From contig CAITSA010000001.1 of NCBI GenBank assembly GCA_903894955.1, positions 3,769-67,768 on the forward strand: DNA of 64,000 bases, in the 5' to 3' direction. The notes under the pieces were generated by a model. That model was given only the letters and a program-made list of their open reading frames with translations. It did no database searches and had not been told where the DNA came from. The translations under genes were made by a program, and so were the position numbers. The DNA is from an uncultured bacterium. GTDB lineage: Bacteria; Patescibacteriota; Minisyncoccia; Phycocordibacterales; UBA9973. Of the stretch, positions 51,760-60,014 are shown piece after piece. Within the stretch, counting starts at the first letter, position 1, and every line of letters starts with the position of its first letter.

Positions 51760-52434
51760 TTATTTAAAATTTTCTTTACAAAGTTCAAGCCATTTCATCA
51801 TTTTTTTCTTTAAGCTTGTGTTAGATATTATACTATTTCCAACTCCGTATTGCAATTTTCTTAACTTTGATTTTCCTATTATTACTTGGGATTTATTGAA
51901 ATTTAATCTATTAATACTTAATTTTTCAGACCAAACTTTAATGCAATCTTCTATTACATGATCTGGATACAACAACAACCAAACCTTTATTTTGTCACGT
52001 CCAATTTTAAGAAATTTCTCAGAAAACCTTATAAATACTAGGTGTAAATAGAATTCAGAATTAGCTAATTTTATGTTAAATCTATTGGTTTTATCTCCCT
52101 CACCAGCATAAACCATTAATCCTGCCATGAACAAGGGGTCGTTTTTGTATATTTCAAATTCTTTTTTTGCATCTTCTTCTACTCTTTTATACTTTTTTTC
52201 CAACATTATTCTGCGTCCCTCATTTAATTTTTCTAGATGTGTTTTACTAATTTTTATTTGTTTTTCTGTGTTTGTTTTTTTAATATGTTTTGACCAAGTT
52301 TCATTTTTAAACCAATCACAAAGTGTACTTCGTGAAACATCAAGTAAGGCCTCAATTTCCCTGTAAGTTTTACCCTGTTTTCTTAATTCAAATGCTTTTG
52401 GTTGGTCGTGTCTCATACTGTATAAGTATATCAC
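51760..52434 (-). CDS. HTH + degenerate LAGLIDADG-like protein
   Basis: N-terminal GKTYREIEALLDVSRSTLCDW (resolvase-type HTH). Central PLFMAGLMVYAGEGDKTN resembles a LAGLIDADG motif with the catalytic Asp replaced. Confidence 0.35.
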   Translation of the reverse strand: MIYLYSMRHDQPKAFELRKQGKTYREIEALLDVSRSTLCDWFKNETWSKHIKKTNTEKQIKISKTHLEKLNEGRRIMLEKKYKRVEEDAKKEFEIYKNDPLFMAGLMVYAGEGDKTNRFNIKLANSEFYLHLVFIRFSEKFLKIGRDKIKVWLLLYPDHVIEDCIKVWSEKLSINRLNFNKSQVIIGKSKLRKLQYGVGNSIISNTSLKKKMMKWLELCKENFK

Positions 52435-52495
52435 AAGGGTTCGCTTTGTAAAATAAATATAATAGTATATAATTGTTAGATTATTAAATAATTTT

Positions 52496-52567
52496 GCACC
52501 CGTAGTGAAATGGATATCATACCCGCCTTCGAAGCGGTCGTTGAGGGTTCGACTCCCCCCGGGTGCA
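52496..52567 (+). tRNA. tRNA-Arg (anticodon UCG)
   Basis: Hand-folded: GCACCCG-TA-GTGA-AATGGATA-TCAT-A-CCCGC-CTTCGAA-GCGGT-CGTT-GAGGG-TTCGACT-CCCCC-CGGGTGC-A. Two stem mismatches (27:43, 50:64). Confidence 0.7.
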
Positions 52568-52577
52568 CAAAGTAACA

Positions 52578-54170
52578 GTGGAACAAAATACTAAAAATTT
52601 AATATCAAAAATCCCCAAAGAAGTTTCACATGTAACAGATACGCTTGAAGAAGCTGGTTTTGAGGCATACTTAGTTGGTGGATGTGTTCGTGATCTTTTA
52701 ATGTCAGAGATCCTGAGTGGAACCGAAAGAGATAAAGAACCAAAGGATTGGGACATTACAACCAACGCTAAACCAGAACAAATTATTAGTCTTTTTGAAA
52801 AGACAGTTTATGAAAATACTTTCGGAACAGTTGGGGTATGTGTTCCACTATTTGGGGAGACTCAGGATGTTTCGCGTGAAACATTGGCAGGAGACGTTTC
52901 ACAAGATTTGCCCGCCGAAATGGAGGGAACATCCAAATATAAGATTATTGAGGTAACTCCTTATAGAATTGAGGCAAAATATAGTGATTTTAGACATCCA
53001 GACGAGATAAAGTTTAGTGATAATCTAGAAGACGACCTTAAAAGGCGTGATTTTACAATAAACTCGATAGCTCTTAGTTCTAAAGGACACCTAATTGATT
53101 TATTTAATGGCATAAAGGACATTAAAAATAAGACACTAAAAGCGGTAGGGAATCCAGATGACCGTTTTGCTGAAGATGCTCTTCGCATGTTGCGTGCTGT
53201 GCGCTTTTCTTGCCAGCTTAATTTTTCTGTGTCATATGAAACAACGGAAAGTATTTTAAAAAATTCAGATTTAATAAGAAAAATATCGGCAGAAAGAATT
53301 CATGATGAGTTTGTAAAAATAATTATGTCATCGAATCCAGCGAGTGGAATTGTGATGTTGCAAAAATTTAATTTGTTAAAAAATATAATTCCAGAATTAG
53401 AAGAGGGGATAAATTGTGAACAGGGAGGGGAACATATTTATGATGTGTGGAATCATTTACTACACGCTCTTTCACATGCTGCAAATAAGAATTGGTTTTT
53501 AGAAATAAGGCTTGCAGCCCTTTTTCATGATATTGGGAAACCAAGAAGTCGAAGAGAATCGGAATCTGTTTCTAAGAAGAAATATACATTTTATGGCCAC
53601 GAAGTTGTTGGTGCACGAATGACGAAAAAAATAATGGAGAGATTAAAATTTCCTAAAAAAGAAATTGAGTTAGTTGAAAAATTAATACGTAACCATATGT
53701 TTTTTTCTGATACAGAATTAATTACACTTTCTGCAGTGCGAAGAATTATCACCAAGGTGGGGGTGGAAAACATTTGGTTGTTAATGAATGTCCGTGAGTG
53801 CGACAGAGTAGGCATGAAGAAAAAAGAAACTCCTTATAGACTTCGAAAATATTTTGCCATGATAGAAGAAGCTCTTCGTGACCCTATTTCTGCCCGTCAG
53901 CTTAAAATTAATGGGGAATTTATGATCAAAGAGCTTGGTATGAAGCCTGGACCTCGGATGGGATGGATTTTAAATGCTTTATTGGAAGAAGTTTTGGATG
54001 CTCCAGAAAAAAATACAGTGGAACATTTGTCAGAGTTAGCTAAATCTTTAAATATGTTGGGCAACAACGAGCTAAAAATCTTAGGGGAGCGAGGAAAAGA
54101 AAAAAAAGAAGAAGCAGAAGAAGCAGAAATTAGTAAGCTTCACGAGAAACATGGGGTGAGGAGAAAATAA
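52578..54170 (+). CDS. cca: CCA-adding enzyme / poly(A) polymerase family with HD domain (start uncertain: GTG 52563 overlaps the tRNA, GTG 52578 preferred)
   Basis: EAYLVGGCVRD, RDFTINS, HD motif LFHDIGKP. Confidence 0.8.
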   Translation: MEQNTKNLISKIPKEVSHVTDTLEEAGFEAYLVGGCVRDLLMSEILSGTERDKEPKDWDITTNAKPEQIISLFEKTVYENTFGTVGVCVPLFGETQDVSRETLAGDVSQDLPAEMEGTSKYKIIEVTPYRIEAKYSDFRHPDEIKFSDNLEDDLKRRDFTINSIALSSKGHLIDLFNGIKDIKNKTLKAVGNPDDRFAEDALRMLRAVRFSCQLNFSVSYETTESILKNSDLIRKISAERIHDEFVKIIMSSNPASGIVMLQKFNLLKNIIPELEEGINCEQGGEHIYDVWNHLLHALSHAANKNWFLEIRLAALFHDIGKPRSRRESESVSKKKYTFYGHEVVGARMTKKIMERLKFPKKEIELVEKLIRNHMFFSDTELITLSAVRRIITKVGVENIWLLMNVRECDRVGMKKKETPYRLRKYFAMIEEALRDPISARQLKINGEFMIKELGMKPGPRMGWILNALLEEVLDAPEKNTVEHLSELAKSLNMLGNNELKILGERGKEKKEEAEEAEISKLHEKHGVRRK

Positions 54171-54238
54171 TATTTAGTAGATTTCTTGCTGATAACACCC
54201 CGATAGCAGAGCAAGCTCGCTACGGGGCAGGAGTTTCA

Positions 54239-55918
54239 CTAATATATCTCCTGCTGATAACATTGTTCGCAATATACTTTTTCGTCTCGGTCGGGGGAGT
54301 AGGCAGTTTCAAATTCGTTTTCGCATTTTTTGGAACCGTGAATATGACTTTCTATTTTACACAAACACGAACGATGCCAGAGTTTACGAGGATTGCGGTT
54401 TTTCATTCGATCGTGATTTCTACATTCAAAATCTTTGTGTGGTAGGGGAATAATCATTCTTTTATAGAAATCAAATTCTCCTTTTGTGATACGGAAATTC
54501 TTTTTACAATCTTTACAGACTAAAACTTGATTTAAAATATCTTCAGTGACTTCTTCTATGGTTTCCGGCATATTTTCTTCTTTTATTGTTTCTTTTCCAT
54601 AAGTGCCAGAAGTTTCACTTTGCCAATTGAAACCTTTTTCTTTTGCTTCTTTTTCATTTATTGGAAAATATTCTTGGGCTAATGTTTCATTATATCCAAA
54701 AGCACTAACAAAAGGAGGAATAAAATCACCATAAACTCCCTCCTTTTTCATATTTTCAATAATCTCTTCTTTTAATTTTTCATATTCTTCTTTAGTATAT
54801 TGCTTGTTTAGGATGCAATATTTTTTCTTTTTTAGTCCGAGACAGCCAAAACAACTATCACAATTATGTAAACTTTCTGAATATTCTGAATTACTTGTAT
54901 ACATCATATAAACTGAGTGTTTTATGTTATATGTTTGGAGTGTGCCCATTACATCTAGGTTTAATTCTGGCTTATAGTAAGTGTTGTTCATATCCCAACA
55001 ATCAATAGTTCCTTCTGTATCCCCTACATATTTACAGTTTTTTGTATTCTCCGCATCAAAACCATGGGTTGTGTCATGACAGTTATACATATAATCCCCA
55101 GTAGCATTTTTACATTTTACTTGATGTGAAAATTTTACAATTGCTTCTTTTTTAAATTTTTCATATTCTTTTTTTGCTTCAGCTAATTTTTTATTTGAAG
55201 ATAAAATTTCTTTTTTCTTTTTCTCATATTCTTCTTTTGAAACAGGTTGGTTTAAAATATGATAACTTTTATTTCTTAAGTTGATGGAAAAAATACAGTT
55301 TTGACAATTGCGTAAATTAAAACAAAAGATTAAATCCATACTTGTCTCACAGCCATCAGAGAACATGCAGTTGTAGCATTTTCGACAATCAATACACTCG
55401 TATAAAAATTCAGAATCTTGTACAAAATCATTGTCAATTGCAAATTTACTTCGATAAACTAGTCGGCCATACATTGAATCCTCGTTTTTTTGTGCTCCGA
55501 ATATTAAGTAACAATTTTTATTATCTTCTGAATTATTTACATAATCGCTATTTATGCCATCAATATTTAAAAGAGAGATGCGGGGAACTTTGTTTCGAAG
55601 TTCTAGCCACTGTTCAAAAAATGGTCGACTTGGATCATAGTCTTGTCCATAATCTACTCCGTCCCAATCATCACCCCACCAAATATGTTGATCATAAACA
55701 GGGAAAGGGGTATTGGGAGGGTAAAGGGAAACGATAGGTTTACCACTTTTACTGCAAGTTCTTTTATAAAGAGTTCTTTCATTACGAAAACAAAGTCTAC
55801 GGGCTACTCTGCAATCCGGACAATAGTTTGGAGCAGGAGCTTTCATTTTTTCATAAAAATTTAAATCATCTTGCTCTATTTCAAAATCTTTTTTACAAGT
55901 TTTACAAATTTTTTGCAT
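54239..55918 (-). CDS. Cys-rich zinc-ribbon protein, paralogue 3 of 3
   Basis: 559 aa. Same N- and C-terminal modules (CKTCKKDFEIEQDDLNFYEK...CPDCRVARR; ...VYCEQCYQQEIY), more diverged. Confidence 0.8.
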   Translation of the reverse strand: MQKICKTCKKDFEIEQDDLNFYEKMKAPAPNYCPDCRVARRLCFRNERTLYKRTCSKSGKPIVSLYPPNTPFPVYDQHIWWGDDWDGVDYGQDYDPSRPFFEQWLELRNKVPRISLLNIDGINSDYVNNSEDNKNCYLIFGAQKNEDSMYGRLVYRSKFAIDNDFVQDSEFLYECIDCRKCYNCMFSDGCETSMDLIFCFNLRNCQNCIFSINLRNKSYHILNQPVSKEEYEKKKKEILSSNKKLAEAKKEYEKFKKEAIVKFSHQVKCKNATGDYMYNCHDTTHGFDAENTKNCKYVGDTEGTIDCWDMNNTYYKPELNLDVMGTLQTYNIKHSVYMMYTSNSEYSESLHNCDSCFGCLGLKKKKYCILNKQYTKEEYEKLKEEIIENMKKEGVYGDFIPPFVSAFGYNETLAQEYFPINEKEAKEKGFNWQSETSGTYGKETIKEENMPETIEEVTEDILNQVLVCKDCKKNFRITKGEFDFYKRMIIPLPHKDFECRNHDRMKNRNPRKLWHRSCLCKIESHIHGSKKCENEFETAYSPDRDEKVYCEQCYQQEIY

Positions 55919-55924
55919 AGTTTT

Positions 55925-56587
55925 TTAATCCGCAAAGTGACCTTTGACGTCTTCTCCAAAAAATAAGTGATGAAGCATCTTTAGAATATTTTCAAAAAGT
56001 GTAGTGCTATAAGAAGAAAGGTTAAAAATAACAGCTAGAGTAAACAAGACAAGAGCAAGTTTTATGCTCCAGAAACAAAGTGGGATGGCAATAAGCGAGA
56101 AGAACACTGGCATTAGAGTACGAATAGTACTACCCCGAATTTCCCTTTTTGGAATTTCAGGATTTACAATATGTTCTGAGTAAAATACATATCTTCGCAT
56201 CCAGTATAAAGTAAGGCCGATTAAGATTGTATGTATGCCAAAGATTACAACAGCTAGTTCATTTTTGTTATATTCTCCAAGAATACTAGCGGAAAAAGGG
56301 ATTAAACTTATGAGCATAAAAAACAAGGCATTAATGTTGGTGAGCATAGAGTCAACATTTTTTGCGTAAACAGAAACAAAAAAATGGTGTGCTCGCCAAT
56401 AAGTGAAAAGTAGAGCAAAGCTTAAAATATAACTCATCAATACTGGAAATAACTTTTCAATCTGGAGCCAAAGGTCTAAATTGCTTATTTGTCCCCAGAC
56501 TACAGGTACTTTTATATCAAAAACGAGAATTGTCATCACGATGGCAAAAATTCCATCGGAAAGCTGATCTAATCTTGTATGGTTCAT
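55925..56587 (-). CDS. TMEM175/DUF1211-family putative K+ channel
   Basis: Start moved to ATG 56587 (MNHTRLDQLSDGIFAIVMTILV, the family signature). 6 TM. Confidence 0.75.
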   Translation of the reverse strand: MNHTRLDQLSDGIFAIVMTILVFDIKVPVVWGQISNLDLWLQIEKLFPVLMSYILSFALLFTYWRAHHFFVSVYAKNVDSMLTNINALFFMLISLIPFSASILGEYNKNELAVVIFGIHTILIGLTLYWMRRYVFYSEHIVNPEIPKREIRGSTIRTLMPVFFSLIAIPLCFWSIKLALVLFTLAVIFNLSSYSTTLFENILKMLHHLFFGEDVKGHFAD

Positions 56588-56625
56588 GCTTAAAATATAG
56601 CATAAAATATTTAAAATATAAACTT

Positions 56626-57441
56626 TTAAATCTCTAGCCAAATTGGACAGTGGTCCGAGCCGTAATAATCAGACAACATGCCCGTGGCTTTTATCCCGAC
56701 GCTTTTAGGTCGGGACCCCGACAACGAAGTTCGTCGGGGCTTTAGATCTTTGAAAAAAATTTCATCGGCAAAAAAATAATCAAGACGCCAGCCGACATTT
56801 CTATCTCTAGCGCGAGTTTTGATATCCCAATATGTATAAGCGCCAATTTTTTCTGGATAAAACTTTCTAAATACATCAATGAATTTATTTTTTATTACTT
56901 TATCAATCCAAGCACGTTCTATGGGCAAGAAACCAGTATTTTCAACGTTAGCTTTCGGGCGGGCAAGGTCGATTTCTTCATGGGCTGTATTTATATCTCC
57001 ACAAAAAATTACATTTTCGCCATTCTTTCGCAACTTCAGGATAAATTTTAGAAAAGCTTCGTAAAATTCTAATTTATATTTTAATCTATGTGGTCCTTGG
57101 CCACCATTTGGAAAATATCCAGTAATGATGGTGCAATTTTTTAATTTTACACCAAGCAATCTTCCCTCGTTGTCTAATTTTTTTACACCCATACCATAAA
57201 AAACTTCTCTCGGTTTTTCTTTAGTGTAAATTGCTACCCCACTGTATCCTTTCTTAATTTTTGGATGTGAAAAGTAAGAATAATATCCAGAAATATTTCG
57301 TACTTCGGGAGGCAATTGTTCTGGAGTGGCTTTTGTTTCTTGTAGACATAAAATATCTGGTCTGTTTTTAAATAGGGGAATAAAAAATCCTTGTTTTGCT
57401 GTTGCCCGAAGCCCGTTGGTGTTCCAAGAAATTATTTTCAT
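56626..57441 (-). CDS. xthA: exodeoxyribonuclease III
   Basis: [31 protein letters not shown]. Confidence 0.9.
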   Translation of the reverse strand: [271 protein letters not shown]

Positions 57442-57568
57442 ATTATTATTTTAACATAAATTTGAAAATTGATTTTACTACTCCTTTTTATAGATAAATA
57501 CAAATATCCTTGTTTTTTTATAGGAGAGGGGTAGAATTGAGGTATTATTAATTTATATATAAAAATAT

Positions 57569-57970
57569 ATGGGTATAAATGATGAACCAGGGAAAAACTT
57601 AAGCAATGTCGAGAAGCAAGTTCCAAAAGATAAAGTAGAAAAATTAAATAATACTAATGTCGAGGGCCAAGTTCCAAAAGATAAAGTAGAAAAATTAGAA
57701 ATAACTGGTGCAATAAAAGATCCTGAAGTTGCAGGTGCTATAATTATTCAAGCTAAAGATGAAGCAGGTGATATTATTAGATACTCCTTCCGTAAAGATA
57801 ATGGAGGAAACATAACGGCAACTATAATGTGGGGGTCGGATTATCTTTCCAAAACTCACGGGGCACGAACTCTAGGAAAGAGTGAATTTGAAAAGTTAAG
57901 AAAGAATGGCGTTTTACAAGCTTATGAAACTGCCGTTGCTACTGAAAAAGTAGAAAGTAGTTTTCAATAG
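57569..57970 (+). CDS. small hypothetical protein containing a 51-nt tandem duplication
   Basis: 133-aa ORF. The repeat VE[K/G]QVPKDKVEKL.. occurs twice. Confidence 0.6.
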   Translation: MGINDEPGKNLSNVEKQVPKDKVEKLNNTNVEGQVPKDKVEKLEITGAIKDPEVAGAIIIQAKDEAGDIIRYSFRKDNGGNITATIMWGSDYLSKTHGARTLGKSEFEKLRKNGVLQAYETAVATEKVESSFQ

Positions 57971-58003
57971 GTGAGCGAGATTAATCCTTACTTAACTTAA
58001 AAT

Positions 58004-58918
58004 TTACTGTTTGTTATGAAATTTTTTGTGTACTTCTCTTAATTGTTTGTCTGTTACGTGTGTATAGATTTGTGTAGTATTGATATTAGAATGTCCGAGC
58101 ATTGCTTGGACAGAACGAAGGTCAGCACCATTTGAAAGTAAGTCAGTAGCAAAGCAATGTCTTATTACATGTGGAGTTACCTTTTTTGATATTCCTGCAA
58201 TGGTGGCATATCTCTTTACAATTCTTTCAATCGAACGACTAGTTAGACCATCACTTTTTGATACTTCATCTTTGCCTTTTACAAAAAGGGCATCAGACAT
58301 ATCTTTTCTCAAAGCTAAATAATCTCTCACTGCTTTTTTTGCTTCATCAGATAAAAAAACCACGCGGACCTTGCCACCTTTGCCACGAATTGAAAATTCA
58401 TCTAAGTGTAAATCCAGATCATTTCTTAGTGAGCACAGTTCGGAAACACGCAGGCCGGTAGAAAAAAGCATTTCTAAAATTGCCTTATCACGGTACCTTC
58501 TTTCTAAGTTTCTTTCTTTATCTGGAGCGAGTAAAAGTCTTTTTAATTCTTCTTGTGAAATAATATCAATTTGTCTCTCATTGATTTTTGCCAGTTCTAT
58601 GTAATCGGCTGGTAGAGAAGCGATGTTTCTTTTTGTGAGAAATTTAAGAAAAGTCCGAAGAGCAATTAAATAATAATTTTGTGTTTTTTTTGTTACAGTA
58701 TTGCCAGTGGCACGGTTGTTTCCGGTTGACTGGCGATTGAGCCAAATCCGAAAATCTCGGACCTTGGTGTCCGTAATGTCTTTTGGGTCGGTTATTTTTG
58801 TTTGATTAAGAAAGACAGTCAAATAATGGTCGTAATTTTCTATTGTTCTAATAGCACGTCCTTTTTCTATTTCAATATATTCCAAAAATTCGGTTTTAAG
58901 CTGTTTAAGAGAGACCAT
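58004..58918 (-). CDS. tyrosine recombinase, XerC/XerD-like
   Basis: GLRVSEL, HVIRHCFAT, LGHSNINTTQIYTHV (R-H-R-Y catalytic set). Confidence 0.85.
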   Translation of the reverse strand: MVSLKQLKTEFLEYIEIEKGRAIRTIENYDHYLTVFLNQTKITDPKDITDTKVRDFRIWLNRQSTGNNRATGNTVTKKTQNYYLIALRTFLKFLTKRNIASLPADYIELAKINERQIDIISQEELKRLLLAPDKERNLERRYRDKAILEMLFSTGLRVSELCSLRNDLDLHLDEFSIRGKGGKVRVVFLSDEAKKAVRDYLALRKDMSDALFVKGKDEVSKSDGLTSRSIERIVKRYATIAGISKKVTPHVIRHCFATDLLSNGADLRSVQAMLGHSNINTTQIYTHVTDKQLREVHKKFHNKQ

Positions 58919-58955
58919 ATTGCAATTATAACAGTTTTGTGTTAATATTGTGAGT

Positions 58956-59219
58956 ATGTTAGCTACTAAGAAAAAGCAAGCAGTTATAAAGAAAAATCAA
59001 ATACACGAGAAAGATACAGGCTCTCCAGAGGTACAGGTGGCTGTTTTGTCTGTTCAAATTTCAGAATTAGCCAAACATTTAAAGAAACATAAAAAAGACA
59101 ATCATTCTCGTCGAGGGTTGATCAAAATGGTAGCTGACAGACGTACTCATTTGAAATATTTGGAACGCAAAAGTAAGCCTCGTTACACTGCCTTGATGAA
59201 GAAAATGGATCTAGCGTAA
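58956..59219 (+). CDS. rpsO: 30S ribosomal protein S15
   Basis: ATG at 58956 (the track uses GTG 58950). [26 protein letters not shown]...V..R..LL.YL pattern. Confidence 0.9.
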   Translation: MLATKKKQAVIKKNQIHEKDTGSPEVQVAVLSVQISELAKHLKKHKKDNHSRRGLIKMVADRRTHLKYLERKSKPRYTALMKKMDLA

Positions 59220-59224
59220 AAAGG

Positions 59225-59356
59225 AAGATTTAAAACTCTTTCTTGGCATACTTTTTATAAAGCAATCTATCTGGCGAAGCTTCGCCAGCGAACTGCTCGG
59301 CTCGTCAGCCTGCGCAAGGCTTTCAAAAAAGTACGCCTGCAACAAGTTTTTAAATC
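59225..59356 (+). repeat. arm-core-arm element, copy D (conserved hairpin CTCGGCTCGTCAGCCT at 59296-59311)
   Basis: Long imperfect arms (AGATTTAAAACT..GGCATACTTTTTATAAAGC / GCTTTCAAAAAAGTACGCC..AAGTTTTTAAATCT). The core resembles copy A. Confidence 0.65.
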
Positions 59357-59372
59357 TGCTATAATTAAGTAT

Positions 59373-59882
59373 ATGACAGTCATAAAACATAAAGAACAGA
59401 GAGTTGGAGTTTTTATTGATACTCAAAATTTATACCACAGTGCACGCAATTTATATCAAGCGCGAGTTAATTTCGGTGCAGTTTTGAAAGATGCAGTAGC
59501 TGGACGAAAGCTTGTGCGGGCAGTGGCTTATGTTATCACCACTGAAGCGGGGGATGAGAAGAATTTTTTTGAAGCACTTTCTAAACTTGGGATTGAAACA
59601 AAAACAAAAGATTTACAAATATTTGCTGGAGGTGCAAAAAAGGCAGATTGGGATGTAGGTCTTGCCGTTGACGCTATTAAAATGTCTCCTCGATTGGACT
59701 CGGTGGTAATTATTTCTGGGGATGGAGACTTTGTTCCGTTGGTAGAATATTTACAGACTATTGGTGTGCAAGTTGAAGTTGTTTCATTCGGTAAATCAAC
59801 TTCTGGGAAACTCCGTGAGGCGGTGGATGATTTTGTAGATTTGTCTGAAAATCCTAGAAAATATTTAATGGGGATGAAATAA
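59373..59882 (+). CDS. NYN/LabA-like domain protein
   Basis: VGVFIDTQNLYHS...VVIISGDGDFVPLVEYL. Confidence 0.8.
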   Translation: MTVIKHKEQRVGVFIDTQNLYHSARNLYQARVNFGAVLKDAVAGRKLVRAVAYVITTEAGDEKNFFEALSKLGIETKTKDLQIFAGGAKKADWDVGLAVDAIKMSPRLDSVVIISGDGDFVPLVEYLQTIGVQVEVVSFGKSTSGKLREAVDDFVDLSENPRKYLMGMK

Positions 59883-60014
59883 TTTTTACATTTTAATCAA
59901 TAGATGCTAATATAAATTTAGTTTATCAGTTAATTAAAGTTCGCCTTTAGATAGAGATAGTGTCTCACTTTTTTGTGAAACAATACTTTATTCTGGAGGG
60001 GAACTAGCCTTTAA

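Noticed and set aside
58004-58918. A tyrosine recombinase marking the edge of an integrated mobile element.
   Set aside because: I saw no flanking direct repeats and no adjacent tRNA. The neighbours are housekeeping genes (xthA, rpsO, pnp). The motifs fit the chromosomal XerC/XerD type.
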